From Candidatus Dormibacteria bacterium (GTDB lineage: Bacteria > Chloroflexota > Dormibacteria > Aeolococcales > Aeolococcaceae), in the NCBI GenBank assembly GCA_049521435.1, contig JBEKOU010000005.1:6012-70011 (forward strand): a stretch of 64,000 bases of DNA, written 5' to 3'. A program made the translations under genes and the position numbers. Positions 1-11,806 of the stretch are shown in pieces (the first letter of the stretch is position 1; each line of letters begins with the position of its first letter). A model generated the notes under the pieces. That model saw only the letters and a list, made by a program, of their open reading frames with translations, searched no databases and was not told the DNA's origin.

Positions 1-1835
1 AGGCGGCCTACGAGGGCGTGATCCCCAACCTCGAGCGCCGCTACCGCGAGACCGAGTCGGAGTGGGTCAAGCAGGAGATCGAGCGGCTGATGATGCAGAA
101 GCCGTGCCCGGCGTGCGGCGGCAAGCGGCTCAAGCCGGAGTTTCTCGCCGTCACCGTGGACGGGATGAGCATCATGGACTTCACCGCCCTCACGGTGGTG
201 CTGGCGCTCGGCCGCACCGAGAACCTGCGTCTCACCGAACGCGAGATGCAGATCGCGGGCCGCGCCTTCAAGGAGATCCGCGAGCGCCTCGGTTTCCTCC
301 GTGACGTCGGGCTCGATTACCTGAGCCTCGACCGGGCGTCGGCGTCGCTCTCCGGCGGCGAGAGTCAGCGCATCAGGCTGGCGACCCAGATCGGAAGCAA
401 GCTGATGGGCGTCCTCTACATCCTCGATGAGCCGTCCATCGGTCTCCATCAGCGGGACAATCACAAGCTGCTCGCCACCCTCACGACCCTGCGCGACCTG
501 GGCAACACCCTGATCGTCGTCGAGCACGACGAGGAGACCATCCGCAGCGCTGACTTCATCGTCGACATTGGTCCTGGAGCCGGCGAGCGCGGTGGGGAGG
601 TGATCGTCGCGGGCACCCTTGCCGACGTGCTCGCCTCGGAGCGCAGCGTCACCGGGCAGTACCTCCGCGGCGAGCTGCAGATCCCGATCCCGCCGCTGCG
701 CCGCTCCACCGACGGCCGAGCCCTCACGGTGAGCGGTGCCACCGAGAACAACCTCAAGTCGGTGACCGTAGCGTTCCCCCTCGGGCTCTTCATCTGCGTC
801 ACCGGGGTGAGCGGCAGCGGCAAGTCGACGCTCGTCAACGACATCCTCTACCGCCGTCTGGCCCAGGCCCTCTACCGGGCCAAGGAGCGCCCCGGCAAGC
901 ACGAGAAGGTCGAGGGCATCCAGCACATCGACAAGGTCATCGACGTCGACCAGTCGCCCATCGGCCGGACCCCGCGCAGCAACCCGGCCACCTACGTGGG
1001 CGTCTTCACCGACATCCGCGATCTCTTCGCCAAGTTGCCCGAGGCCAAGATCCGCGGCTACAAGCCGGGCCGCTTCTCCTTCAACGTTTCCGGGGGGCGC
1101 TGTGAGGCCTGCTCCGGGGACGGGATGATCAAGATCGAGATGCACTTCCTGCCCGACATCTACGTCGCCTGCGACGTCTGCAAGGGCCGCCGCTACACCC
1201 GCGAGGCACTGGAGGTGAAGTTTCGCGACCAGTCGATCGCCGACGTGCTGGAGATGACCGTCGACGACGCCGCCGCGCTCTTTGCCAACCAGCCCCGCAT
1301 CGTCCGCCGCCTCCGCACCCTCCAGGACGTCGGGCTCGGCTACATCCGGCTGGGCCAGCCCGCCACCCAGCTCTCCGGAGGCGAGGCGCAGCGGGTCAAG
1401 CTCTCCACCGAGCTCTCGCGGCGCGACACCGGGCGCACCCTCTACATCCTCGACGAGCCCACCACCGGGCTGCACTTCGCGGACGTGGAGAAGCTCCTCA
1501 CCGTGCTCCACCGGTTGGTGGACGCGGGCAACACCGTCATCGTCATCGAGCACAACCTGGACGTCGTGAAGACCGCCGACTGGATCATCGACCTGGGCCC
1601 GGACGGCGGGGATGCAGGGGGCGAGGTGGTGGCGGCCGGCACCCCGGAGATGATCGCCGGCGAGCCGCGCAGCGCCACGGGGATCTACCTCCGGCCGATC
1701 ATCGGCGCCGCCGCCGGCAACGGCAGCAGGCCGCGCCGGCCCGAGCGTCCGGCTGCGGTGGTTGCCGCCCCACCCGCCGCCACCCTTCCCGGCTCCCGGG
1801 CTCGTCCTCGGCGGGCGGGGGCGGCTTTCCGCTGA
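1..1835 (+). CDS. uvrA: Excinuclease ABC subunit A (UvrA), C-terminal ~610 aa; 5' end cut by window
   Basis: The frame is open from the window edge. Zn fingers CPACGGKRL and [20 protein letters not shown] signatures [12 protein letters not shown] and [11 protein letters not shown], Walker [10 protein letters not shown], Walker B LYILDEP (twice). Ala/Pro/Arg-rich ~45-aa C-terminal tail. Confidence 0.95.
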   Translation, partial: AAYEGVIPNLERRYRETESEWVKQEIERLMMQKPCPACGGKRLKPEFLAVTVDGMSIMDFTALTVVLALGRTENLRLTEREMQIAGRAFKEIRERLGFLRDVGLDYLSLDRASASLSGGESQRIRLATQIGSKLMGVLYILDEPSIGLHQRDNHKLLATLTTLRDLGNTLIVVEHDEETIRSADFIVDIGPGAGERGGEVIVAGTLADVLASERSVTGQYLRGELQIPIPPLRRSTDGRALTVSGATENNLKSVTVAFPLGLFICVTGVSGSGKSTLVNDILYRRLAQALYRAKERPGKHEKVEGIQHIDKVIDVDQSPIGRTPRSNPATYVGVFTDIRDLFAKLPEAKIRGYKPGRFSFNVSGGRCEACSGDGMIKIEMHFLPDIYVACDVCKGRRYTREALEVKFRDQSIADVLEMTVDDAAALFANQPRIVRRLRTLQDVGLGYIRLGQPATQLSGGEAQRVKLSTELSRRDTGRTLYILDEPTTGLHFADVEKLLTVLHRLVDAGNTVIVIEHNLDVVKTADWIIDLGPDGGDAGGEVVAAGTPEMIAGEPRSATGIYLRPIIGAAAGNGSRPRRPERPAAVVAAPPAATLPGSRARPRRAGAAFR

Positions 1836-1940
1836 TCCCGAGCCCGGAGGCGCGGACCGGCCGGAGGTGCCCGGAGGTGTCCGCGGAGCCGGGGGCCGGC
1901 CCTTAGCCCTGCGGGACTCCCTGTTTTGGTCGAATTGCGC

Positions 1941-1946
1941 TATTTT
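1941..1946 (+). promoter_or_regulatory. -10-like hexamer TATTTT, 6 nt upstream of ATG 1953 (leaderless geometry)
   Basis: TANNNT match in a local AT-rich patch. No SD between it and the start codon. No convincing -35. Confidence 0.35.
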
Positions 1947-1952
1947 GGATGC

Positions 1953-2249
1953 ATGATCGAGTTGCAGGGTGGCGAGGACCGTCGACAGCGGCTCCGTCGC
2001 CTTGACGACTGCCTGACCCTCCTGGAGCAGGCCCACGAGATGGAGATCACGGTCGTCACCGAGCGGATGGCCGACGCCCTCGCCGACCGGGTGCCGACGG
2101 TCCACGCCGGCATGCTGGTCGCCGACGCCATCGAGGAGGTCCTGCGCGAGCAGGAGCCCTACATGGTCCAGGTCCGCCCCGAGGTATCGCGGCGGATCCG
2201 ACGTCGTCGCGACCCCTTCGACGTCCGTCTCCTGCTCCAGCGACGCTAG
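1953..2249 (+). CDS. Hypothetical small protein (98 aa), acidic helical body with Arg-rich C-terminus
   Basis: ORF 1926..2249 with in-frame ATG at 1953 placed right after a -10-like box. High GC3. I recognise no family. Confidence 0.45.
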   Translation: MIELQGGEDRRQRLRRLDDCLTLLEQAHEMEITVVTERMADALADRVPTVHAGMLVADAIEEVLREQEPYMVQVRPEVSRRIRRRRDPFDVRLLLQRR

Positions 2250-2345
2250 CCGCCGGCGGTAGGCGCCACCTCAGGCCCGGGTCGACCGGGGAGGGGATGT
2301 TCTGGCGCGACCGCCGGGGTCACAACGAGTACCATCGGCCGATCG

Positions 2346-5300
2346 GTGAGCACCTTCAACTTCGACCCTGAGTTGCTGTTCCGGCGGCGCCGGCCCCGGG
2401 TGGTCCGGAGCCCCCGCTACACCCGGTTCCGGAAGATCGCGCTGATCGTCCTCGCCGTGATCGTCGTCCTGGTGATCGTGGCCCTGGCGCTGGCACAGCT
2501 CCGGGTCAACTTCCTCTATCTCTCCAGCCTCGGCCATTCCAACGTCTTCTGGACCCCGCTGATCGCCCAGGTCGTCCTCTTCCTGATCGGGCTCATCATC
2601 ACCGGCGGCCTGGTCGGAGCCAGCGTGCCGTTCTGGGCGCGCGCCATCCGGGGCATCGACGCCCTCTCCGGCCGGGTCACCTTCTGGACCGGCATCGCCA
2701 TCGCCATCCTCGCCGGCATCGGCGGGGGCGCGCACCTCGCCGGCTCCTGGCAGGACGTCCTCCTCTTCCTCCACGGCCACGCCTTCGGCGCCACCGACCC
2801 CGTCTTCCACATGGACTACGGCTTCTTCGTCTTCACCCTCCCCGTGATCGACGCCTTCGCGGCGATGCTCTGGGGGGGCGTGGTCGTCGGCTTCCTCGGT
2901 GCGCTCGCGGTGGTGGGCGTCGCCCTGATGGTGATCCATGCCCCCAACGAGCTGGACGTCCAGCTCCACCCGGCCAAGGGGATGAGCGCCGACGACGCGC
3001 TCAGGATCGGCACGCGGCACGCCGGGGTGGCGCTGATCGGCATCTTCATCATGGCCGCGCTGGGAGCGCATTTCGGCGTCTACCACCTGGCGACCGAGTC
3101 CAACTCCCAGTACTCCTTCGTCGGTCCCAACGCCACCGACCTGAACGTGCTCATCCCCGTGCTCAGCGCCCTCCAGTGGATCGCGCTCATCTTCGCGGTC
3201 GCGACCGGCGCGCTTCTGCTGAGGACGAGCCGGCGCCGCCCGACCTGGGGGACGGTCGCATGGATGGGCGGCGTGCTCGGGGGCTGGCTGGTGCTGGCGG
3301 GCGCGCTCACCTCCATCCCCGAGGCGGTCTACACAGCCACGGCTGTCAACCCCAACGCCGAGCAGGCCCAGGCCAAGTCGATCGACAACTACCTGACCTC
3401 GAGCCGCTACGCCTGGGGCCTGGAGGCCACCGCAACCCAGGCAACCGCCACCACCCCGTCCAGTTCCCCATCCGTCGTCGACAAGCCTTTCAACACCGTC
3501 GAGAGCCCAATACTCACCACTGATCTCGGCGCCGATCCGACGACACTCGAGAACATCCGGGTCCAGGACCCCACCCAGCTCCCGGCGGTCCTCAACCAGC
3601 TCGACCGCACCCGGAGCTACCAGACCTTCGACAACAACGTCACCATCGACCGCTACCCCAACGCCAGCGGTCAGGAGACCGAGGTGATGATCGGGGTTCG
3701 CGAGATCGCCGAGGGCGACATCCCCAACTCCAACTTCGTCAACGACACCTTCGTCTACACCCACGGCTATGGCATCACCGCGGTCTCGGTGAACCAGGTC
3801 GGAGACGAGGGCGAGCCGAACATCCTGGACGGCAAGGAGCCGCTCCAGCAGGTCGACACGACCGCCCCGCCGGCACTGAGCTTCGGCGCCACCGGTTCCG
3901 GCAACACCGCCGGCAACCCGGAGATCTACTGCGGCGAGCAGACCACCCAGCCGGTGGTGGTCAACACCAACCAGCTGGAGTTCAACTACCCCTCCACCCC
4001 GGATGCCTACATCCACGCCGGGGCCGGCATGGCCGGCTTCACCATCAACAACCCGATCGACAAGCTGGCCACCTCGATCGCCGAGTTCGGGGGTCTCAAC
4101 CTCTTCCTGAGCAACATCCCCAACAGCCAGAGCGAGGTCCTGATGAACCGGACCGTCGACCAGCGGATCCAGAGCATCGCTCCCTTCCTGACCGTCGACT
4201 CGGACCCCTACATCGTGGCTGACCCGCAGACCGACGACCTGATGTGGATCGCCGACGCGTACGTCGAGACCGGCAACTTCCCCGAGTCCGACAACGTCAG
4301 CGGGATCTCCTACCAGCGCAACGCCGTGAAGGCCGTGGTCGACGCCCGCACCTGCGCGGTCACCCTCTACGCGGTCGACATGAACGAGCCGCTGACCGCC
4401 GCCTGGAACGGCATCTACCCCGGGCTTCTCCACCCGATCAGCCAGATGCCCTCCGTCCTGGTCCAGCACCTGCGCTACCCGGAGGACCTCTTCAGCAACC
4501 AGGTCAAGGTCTACGCCCAGGTGCACGTGGACGAGGAGGGCTGCGGGGTGCCCGGGGGCGTGTGCCTTCCCGTCTCCAACCCCCAGGTGGCCTCCGACTT
4601 CTTCTCCAAGAACGACTTCTACAGCCCCTCCCAGGGGCTGCAGCCGGATGGCACCGTGGTCACCACCACACCCCAGTACGTCGAGCTGACCCTGCCGGGC
4701 AGCTCGGCCCCGGAGTTCGTCCTGATGCAGACGTTCAGCCCCTACCAGAGTGGGAGTGGCGGGCAGGCCACCAACATGACCGCATGGCTGGCGGCGGAGT
4801 CTGACTACACGACGACGGACCATCCGCCTCTGGTGGCCGTCCCCCTGGGGAACAACACCAACGTGCGCGGCCCCTACCAGTTCGACAACAACTCCAACAC
4901 CGATCCCACCATCAGCGAGGAGCGCACCCTGGTCGGGCAGTCGGGCTCCCAGGTGTACCTGGGCAACGTCATCGTGCTGCCCTTCAACGACGACTCCTTC
5001 CTCTTCGTCCGCCCCTTCTACGTGCTGCCCAACCAGGCCAGCGGGGTGAGCTTCCCCCAGCTCCGCTTCGTGATCGTGGGCACGCAGAACAGCGTTGCCA
5101 TGGGGACGAGTCTGTCCGCTGCCATCGCCACCCTCTACAACGTCACCACGTTACCCGTGGGCCTGGCTCCTCCCACGACGACCGCGCCGGCCTCACCCGA
5201 GGCAACGCCGGTGGCGTCGCCGGGCGCCTCGCCGACCCCGACGGCGAGCCCGTCGGCGTCCTCGCCGTCCGGCGCCTACACCTCCCAGGAGCTCCTCCTC

Positions 5301-5495
5301 ATCACGGACCTGGTCACCCAGGAGGCCAACCTCAAGGCCGACTACGCGAGCGGCAACCTGAGCGCGGCGGGCCAGGCGCAGGCGGCGATCAACGCCGACA
5401 TCACCCAGCTGGACCAGCTGCTCACCTCGGGTGGGGTGCCCCTCCCGACGCCGACCGCCACCCCGGCCGGCGCCACCCCGACCCCCTCGCCGTAG
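2346..5495 (+). CDS. UPF0182 family integral membrane protein (~1049 aa)
   Basis: GTG start. N-terminal cluster of TM helices followed by a large soluble domain. The size and motifs YTHGYG and LRYPEDLF are typical of actinobacterial UPF0182 proteins. Thr/Pro/Ala-rich C-terminus. Confidence 0.85.
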   Translation: MSTFNFDPELLFRRRRPRVVRSPRYTRFRKIALIVLAVIVVLVIVALALAQLRVNFLYLSSLGHSNVFWTPLIAQVVLFLIGLIITGGLVGASVPFWARAIRGIDALSGRVTFWTGIAIAILAGIGGGAHLAGSWQDVLLFLHGHAFGATDPVFHMDYGFFVFTLPVIDAFAAMLWGGVVVGFLGALAVVGVALMVIHAPNELDVQLHPAKGMSADDALRIGTRHAGVALIGIFIMAALGAHFGVYHLATESNSQYSFVGPNATDLNVLIPVLSALQWIALIFAVATGALLLRTSRRRPTWGTVAWMGGVLGGWLVLAGALTSIPEAVYTATAVNPNAEQAQAKSIDNYLTSSRYAWGLEATATQATATTPSSSPSVVDKPFNTVESPILTTDLGADPTTLENIRVQDPTQLPAVLNQLDRTRSYQTFDNNVTIDRYPNASGQETEVMIGVREIAEGDIPNSNFVNDTFVYTHGYGITAVSVNQVGDEGEPNILDGKEPLQQVDTTAPPALSFGATGSGNTAGNPEIYCGEQTTQPVVVNTNQLEFNYPSTPDAYIHAGAGMAGFTINNPIDKLATSIAEFGGLNLFLSNIPNSQSEVLMNRTVDQRIQSIAPFLTVDSDPYIVADPQTDDLMWIADAYVETGNFPESDNVSGISYQRNAVKAVVDARTCAVTLYAVDMNEPLTAAWNGIYPGLLHPISQMPSVLVQHLRYPEDLFSNQVKVYAQVHVDEEGCGVPGGVCLPVSNPQVASDFFSKNDFYSPSQGLQPDGTVVTTTPQYVELTLPGSSAPEFVLMQTFSPYQSGSGGQATNMTAWLAAESDYTTTDHPPLVAVPLGNNTNVRGPYQFDNNSNTDPTISEERTLVGQSGSQVYLGNVIVLPFNDDSFLFVRPFYVLPNQASGVSFPQLRFVIVGTQNSVAMGTSLSAAIATLYNVTTLPVGLAPPTTTAPASPEATPVASPGASPTPTASPSASSPSGAYTSQELLLITDLVTQEANLKADYASGNLSAAGQAQAAINADITQLDQLLTSGGVPLPTPTATPAGATPTPSP

Positions 5496-5631
5496 GCGCA
5501 GCCAGCCAGGATCGCTCCCGGCAGGGCCGAGCATAGGGGGCGCCCCGAGGCGCGGACCCGGCGCGCCGGCCGCATCCCCGCCGAGTGGGGCGGCGAATGG
5601 CCGCCCTCGTGTGGCGTACCCTGCGGGGTCG

Positions 5632-6783
5632 ATGGAAGAGATCGCGCCGGAGTCCCCGCCCGCCCAGCCGCTGATCCGTCCCGGCCCTCGGGTGCGGCTG
5701 CTCGCGGCCGTGATTCTCGCCGCCCTCGTCGGGGCACTGGGCGGGGGTGCCGCCGCCTGGTCGATCTACCAGCACTACGGCCCGGTCCAGCGCATCGTGT
5801 ACCAGCAGATCAGCGGATCGCCGGGCACCCAGACCCAGACCATCGGTGAGCTCGCCCAGGCGAACGCGGCGTCGGTGGTCACCATTGCCACCCAGCCGGT
5901 GACCGCCGCCGAGCTGGCGGACGGGAGTGCCAGCCTGGTCGACGGCGTCGTGGTCAGCTCGGATGGATTGATCCTCACCAGCGCTCACGCCCTCAATGGC
6001 GGCACCCAGTTCCGAGTGGGTCTCGCCGACGGCCAGGGCTACGATGCCGTGATCGCGAAAAGGGGAGTCGATGCCACCCACGGCCTGGCCGTGCTGCGCA
6101 TCACCGGCGTCAGCAATCTCGACGAGCTCCCGCTTGCCGCCTCCGCCCCGGCGGTCGGCGACCAGGCCGTCGTTCTCAGCCGCCCGGCCTCCGGGGGACT
6201 GAACGTGGAAGCGGGCGACGTGAGCGCGGTGGGGGTGACCGTGACCACCGCCACCGCCACCGTCAACGGACCGACGACCCTGCAGGGGGCGATCAGCATC
6301 GATGCCATCAGCGAACCCGAGGCCGACGGGGCGCCGGTGCTCAACGCCGCGGGCGACCTGATCGGCATCGTCGACACGATCACCCAGGCTCCATCTCCAC
6401 CCGGGATCACCGCCCTCTCCCTGAGCGCGGCCGTCACCCTGATCGCGAGCGTCTCGGAGGTCGCGGGGCAGGCCCGGGGGACGTTCGGGGTCGTCTCCAG
6501 CTACCTCGACCCGGCCCGCGCCGCCGCGGCCGGCCTCACCCCCGGCGCCCTGATCACCTCCGTCGATGCCGTCTGCCCTGCAGACACCGCCTGCCTGCAG
6601 GTGGGCGACATCGTCACCTCGGTCAACGGGATCGCCATGGACGCCACCCATCCCTTCGATCCCGCCTCCCTCGGTCTGAGCCCTGGAGACACCGCCGAGG
6701 TCACGGTGATCAGGGGGACGGCCACCCAGACCATCGCGGTCCTGGTGGGGCCGGCTCCCACGCCCGCACCCGGACCGTCCTGA
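5632..6783 (+). CDS. Membrane-anchored HtrA-like (S1C trypsin fold) protein with C-terminal PDZ domain; catalytic triad apparently degenerate
   Basis: ATG 5632 (MEEIAPE) then one TM helix. HtrA-like blocks GVVVSSDGLILTSAHAL, GLAVLRI and ISIDAISEPEADGAPVLNAAGDLIGIV, followed by a PDZ-like region (LQVGDIVTSVNG). The upstream part of ORF 5431.. is Pro/Arg-rich and unlikely to be coding. Confidence 0.75.
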   Translation: MEEIAPESPPAQPLIRPGPRVRLLAAVILAALVGALGGGAAAWSIYQHYGPVQRIVYQQISGSPGTQTQTIGELAQANAASVVTIATQPVTAAELADGSASLVDGVVVSSDGLILTSAHALNGGTQFRVGLADGQGYDAVIAKRGVDATHGLAVLRITGVSNLDELPLAASAPAVGDQAVVLSRPASGGLNVEAGDVSAVGVTVTTATATVNGPTTLQGAISIDAISEPEADGAPVLNAAGDLIGIVDTITQAPSPPGITALSLSAAVTLIASVSEVAGQARGTFGVVSSYLDPARAAAAGLTPGALITSVDAVCPADTACLQVGDIVTSVNGIAMDATHPFDPASLGLSPGDTAEVTVIRGTATQTIAVLVGPAPTPAPGPS

Positions 6784-6870
6784 GCTCGGCCGCGCTCGGC
6801 CGGCCGGCGGGCTCTCCCCTGGCCGGGCACGGCCGCTCTGACCGCGATCCCCGCTAAGATCGCTCGGACC

Positions 6871-7497
6871 GTGGAGATCACCTATCTCGGCCTTTCCTGC
6901 CTCCGCCTGCGCGGTCGCGATGTCGTGGTGCTCGTCGACCCACCCACGACGACGCTGCCGGGCCTCGGCCGTTCGCAACCGGACATCATCGTGCGCACCG
7001 ACGGGGAGACCGTCCCCGAGCGGCTGCGTCCCCGGGAGGGCCAAGCGCAGGAGGTGGCCGGGCCCGGGGAGTTCGAGGTCCGAGGCGTGACCATCCGGGG
7101 GCTGCCGTCCGGCGAGACGACGATCATGCGCATCGAGGTCGACGAGGTGTGCGTCGCTGCGCTGGGCAGGCTGGACCGCCAGCTCACCGAGGACGAGGTG
7201 GATCAGCTGGGCCGGGTGGATGTGCTCGCCGTGCCCGTCGGCGGCGTGGATGCACTCGGCGCGGTGGCTGCCACCAAGGTCGTCAATGCCATCGCACCGT
7301 CGATCGTCGTGCCGGTCCGCTACCGCAGCAGCGGTGTGGAGGGCAGCGGCGACTACGAGCCCCTCGACAGGTTTGCCAAGGAGATGGGGCTCACCGAGGA
7401 GACCCTGCCGACCCAACCCAAGCTCAGCCTCACCGGGGCGATGGGAGCGGCGGAGGAGACCCGGGTTGTGATCCTCGAACCGCGGGGTGCCGGCTGA
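6871..7497 (+). CDS. MBL-fold (UPF0173/COG2220-like) protein lacking the HxHxDH motif
   Basis: The N-terminus MEITYLGLSCLRLRGRDVVVLVDPP resembles the MKITWLGHSSF..ILIDP family start. The position of THGHGDH reads VRTDGET. Confidence 0.6.
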   Translation: MEITYLGLSCLRLRGRDVVVLVDPPTTTLPGLGRSQPDIIVRTDGETVPERLRPREGQAQEVAGPGEFEVRGVTIRGLPSGETTIMRIEVDEVCVAALGRLDRQLTEDEVDQLGRVDVLAVPVGGVDALGAVAATKVVNAIAPSIVVPVRYRSSGVEGSGDYEPLDRFAKEMGLTEETLPTQPKLSLTGAMGAAEETRVVILEPRGAG

Positions 7498-7589
7498 ACG
7501 GGCAACGGGCGGCCTGACCCGACCGGTCCGGATGCGGAGGAGGCGCTTCCACTCCCCGACAGTGTGTCGCGCGCATAGGTACCTGGTAA

Positions 7590-9356
<1,767 letters not shown>

Positions 9357-9437
9357 GGGCTCGTGCCAGAGCAAGTGACACAGCTGCATCCACCCATCCT
9401 CGCCGATCCCAGCGTCAGCATCTCCGCTCCGCTGCTC

Positions 9438-9455
9438 GCGTACCTAGGGGTACGC
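9438..9455 (+). terminator. Hairpin GCGTACC-TAGG-GGTACGC about 80 nt downstream of pyrG (possible terminator, no U-tract)
   Basis: Perfect 7-bp stem with a 4-nt loop, read directly from the sequence. Confidence 0.3.
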
Positions 9456-9523
9456 TCCGCTGCGGTGCTCGACCCTTCCTTGGCCTCGGCGGTCTGGCCG
9501 GCGCATCTGCGCCCCTTGTTCTG

Positions 9524-10546
9524 GTGCGAGCCCTGACCGCAGCAGAGCATCGGGCGGCCACGGTTTCGCCGGCACGGTTGAGCCGCGAACGGCACCGCGG
9601 CCTCGAGCTCCTGCGCGCCACCGAGGCCGCCGCGCTGGCCGTCGGTCGCTGGCTCGGTCGCGGCGACAAGTCGAGCACGCGCGATGTCGGTGAGCGTGCG
9701 ATGGAGGAGGCCCTCCTCGGCATGCCCTTCGACGGACACGTCATCATCGATGCCGGCGGCGTGGCCGACCCCCTGAGCCCGGGACGGCGCATCGGAGTGG
9801 GCCGCGACCAGGTGGACCTGGCGATCGACTCGGTCGACGGCGTCAGCCTCGTCGCCAAGGGGCTCTCGCAGGCGATCTCGATCGCCGCGGCCGCCGAGCC
9901 GGGCGGGATCGTCAAGCCGCCGCCCTGCGCCTACATGCACAAGCTGGCGGTCGGGCCGCGGGCGCGGGGCGCCATCGACATCGCCGACAGTCCCGAGAAC
10001 AACCTGCGCCGGATCGCCTTCGCGATGGACGTGCAGGTTCAGGACTTGACCGTGATGCTTCTCGACCGCCCCCGTCACCAGGGCATCATCGAGCGGGTGC
10101 GCAGCTTGGGGAGCCGCCTCGTGCTGATCACCGACGGCGACATCGCCGCCGCCCTGATGACGGCCTGGCCGGGCAGCGGCATCGATGTTTTCATCGGGTC
10201 GGGGGGCACCGCGGAGGCGGTTCTCGCCGCCTGCGCCCTGCGCTGCCTCGGTGGCGAGATGCAGTGCCGGCCCTGGACGCGCAATCAGGAGGAGTCGGCG
10301 GCGCTCCGCGCCGCCGGGTTCGATCCGGAGGCGAAGCTGGGCATCGCCGACCTCGTTCCGGGCACGGACGTGGCCGTCGCCGTCACCGGGGTGACGGGCG
10401 GTGGCCTGGTGCGCGGCGTTCAGTATCACAACTGGTGGGCGGAGACCCACAGCCTGGTGATGCGGGCGCAGAGCGGCACGGTGCGCGACATCCGGACCAA
10501 GCATCACGTGGCTCTCGACCCCAAGGACGCCCACCGCCTGGTCTGA
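9524..10546 (+). CDS. glpX: Fructose-1,6-bisphosphatase class II (GlpX)
   Basis: LELLRATEAAALAVGRWLGRGDK..., DSVDG, GGTAEAVLAACALRCLGGEMQ. Start is uncertain (GTG 9524 or TTG 9578). Confidence 0.9.
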   Translation: MRALTAAEHRAATVSPARLSRERHRGLELLRATEAAALAVGRWLGRGDKSSTRDVGERAMEEALLGMPFDGHVIIDAGGVADPLSPGRRIGVGRDQVDLAIDSVDGVSLVAKGLSQAISIAAAAEPGGIVKPPPCAYMHKLAVGPRARGAIDIADSPENNLRRIAFAMDVQVQDLTVMLLDRPRHQGIIERVRSLGSRLVLITDGDIAAALMTAWPGSGIDVFIGSGGTAEAVLAACALRCLGGEMQCRPWTRNQEESAALRAAGFDPEAKLGIADLVPGTDVAVAVTGVTGGGLVRGVQYHNWWAETHSLVMRAQSGTVRDIRTKHHVALDPKDAHRLV

Positions 10547-10682
10547 CCGGCGGCGCCGAGGACGCCCAGCTCTGCGTCAGCTCCGCTGCTCAGTCGGTCA
10601 CGCACGCCAGTGCGCTCCCTCCCTGCGCTGCTCGCTTCCTTGATCTGGACGCCCTCGGCGCCGCCGGACCTCCATCGAGGGC

Positions 10683-10889
10683 TCAGGCGCGGCGGCGCGC
10701 CACCAGCCACACGCTGAGCGGGAGCAGGGCGAGGATCGCCAGGGGCAGCACCCACCAGCTCGGGAACGTGGTCCTGCTGATCGCCACGGTCACGACCACC
10801 GCGGCGGCGAGCCCCAATGCCAGCCTCCAGTCGTCGCCGACGACGAGGTCGCACACGAACGCGGTCCCGGCGCGCAACCTCCGGTACAT
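10683..10889 (-). CDS. Small membrane protein (68 aa, 2 predicted TM helices)
   Basis: Its start ATG overlaps the stop of the upstream membrane gene (TGATG at 10887-10891). Hydrophobic segments LALGLAAAVVVTVAI and WWVLPLAILALLPLSVWLV. Confidence 0.5.
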   Translation of the reverse strand: MYRRLRAGTAFVCDLVVGDDWRLALGLAAAVVVTVAISRTTFPSWWVLPLAILALLPLSVWLVARRRA

Positions 10890-11665
10890 CAGAGCGCCTG
10901 CCCGCTGGGGGACGAGGCCGCGGTGCGGCGATTCCGGGCGCCCCCCTGCCGGCGCAGAGCGGCGGCGAGCAGAAGTCCGAGGAGCGCGATTCCGGGTAAC
11001 AGGACGAGAAGCGCCGCGTCCGAGCCCGGCCAGCGCGTTCCCGCCCCCTCCGCCGCCCAGAAGGCGCCGAACCCGGTCAGCATGACCCCGACCAGGAACT
11101 TCAGGGCATTCTCGGGCACGCGGGCGAGCGGCGCTCGCACCGCGAAGCCGGCCGTACCCACCAGCACGATCGCGGCCCCGGCGGCGGCCGCGGCCAGGGG
11201 GATGGCGTGCTGGTTGCTCCCGAAGGTGAGCACGATGAATGCCACCTCCGTCCCCTCGAGGAGCACACCCTGGAAGGCGAGCGTGAATCCGTACCAGTCC
11301 GGCACCGTGCCCCTCGGGTGCGAGGCCGCCCGCTCCGCGGTCGCCAGCTTGGCCCGGAAGATCGCGTCCTCGTCATGCAGGGCGGTGATGCCGCCTGCGC
11401 GCAGCACCGCTTTGCGCAGCCACTGCACGCCGAACACCAGCAGGAACGTCCCGATGACGAGGCGCAGCGCATCCGTTGGGATCGCAGTGAGCGCCGGTCC
11501 GAGCGCGGCAACCCCGATGGCGAGGACGGCGACGGCCGCCAGGGCGCCGTACCACGCCGACCTCCAGCCGCGGGCGAGGCCGGCCGCCAGGACGATGGTG
11601 GTTGCCTCCACCGCCTCCACGGTGCAGGCGAGGAAGACCGCGACGAACAGCGCTCCCGCGCTCAT
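10889..11665 (-). CDS. Polytopic membrane protein with an internal two-fold repeat (TVEAVEATTIVL / LLEGTEVAFIVL); possibly GDT1/TerC/LysE-superfamily-like, family uncertain
   Basis: ATG at 11663-11665 is preceded by AAGGAG with 5-nt spacing. ~6 TM helices. The longer ORF upstream of this ATG overlaps the divergent HD gene and is not credible. Confidence 0.65.
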   Translation of the reverse strand: MSAGALFVAVFLACTVEAVEATTIVLAAGLARGWRSAWYGALAAVAVLAIGVAALGPALTAIPTDALRLVIGTFLLVFGVQWLRKAVLRAGGITALHDEDAIFRAKLATAERAASHPRGTVPDWYGFTLAFQGVLLEGTEVAFIVLTFGSNQHAIPLAAAAAGAAIVLVGTAGFAVRAPLARVPENALKFLVGVMLTGFGAFWAAEGAGTRWPGSDAALLVLLPGIALLGLLLAAALRRQGGARNRRTAASSPSGQAL

Positions 11666-11794
11666 CGGCTCTCCTTGCGTGACGTCACCGTCCATGATGG
11701 CGTGACCTCGCCGGTGAGTGGCGGACCTCCCCTCTGACCCGGAGTGCGTGGGGCGGCCCTCGCCGGCGCGGCCGTTCCACCCGCTGCCCCCATG

Positions 11795-11800
11795 TATGGT
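11795..11800 (+). promoter_or_regulatory. -10-like hexamer TATGGT, 6 nt upstream of ATG 11807 (leaderless geometry)
   Basis: TANNNT match. No SD before ATG 11807. Confidence 0.35.
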
Positions 11801-11806
11801 CGGTGC

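Noticed and set aside
2271-4823. 850-aa ORF antisense to the UPF0182 gene
   Set aside because: It lies exactly opposite a gene with clear family motifs. Its translation is Gly/Asp/Val/His/Arg-rich low complexity typical of antisense frames. Stop codons are rare in all frames at ~70% GC. The same reasoning applies to the ORFs at 5422..7416, 7353..9389, 9056..10534, 19949..22690, 25929..28394, 33527..34333, 35044..36456, 42843..44042, 45156..46622, 47076..48284, 50000..51229, 51281..52639 and 60858..61952.
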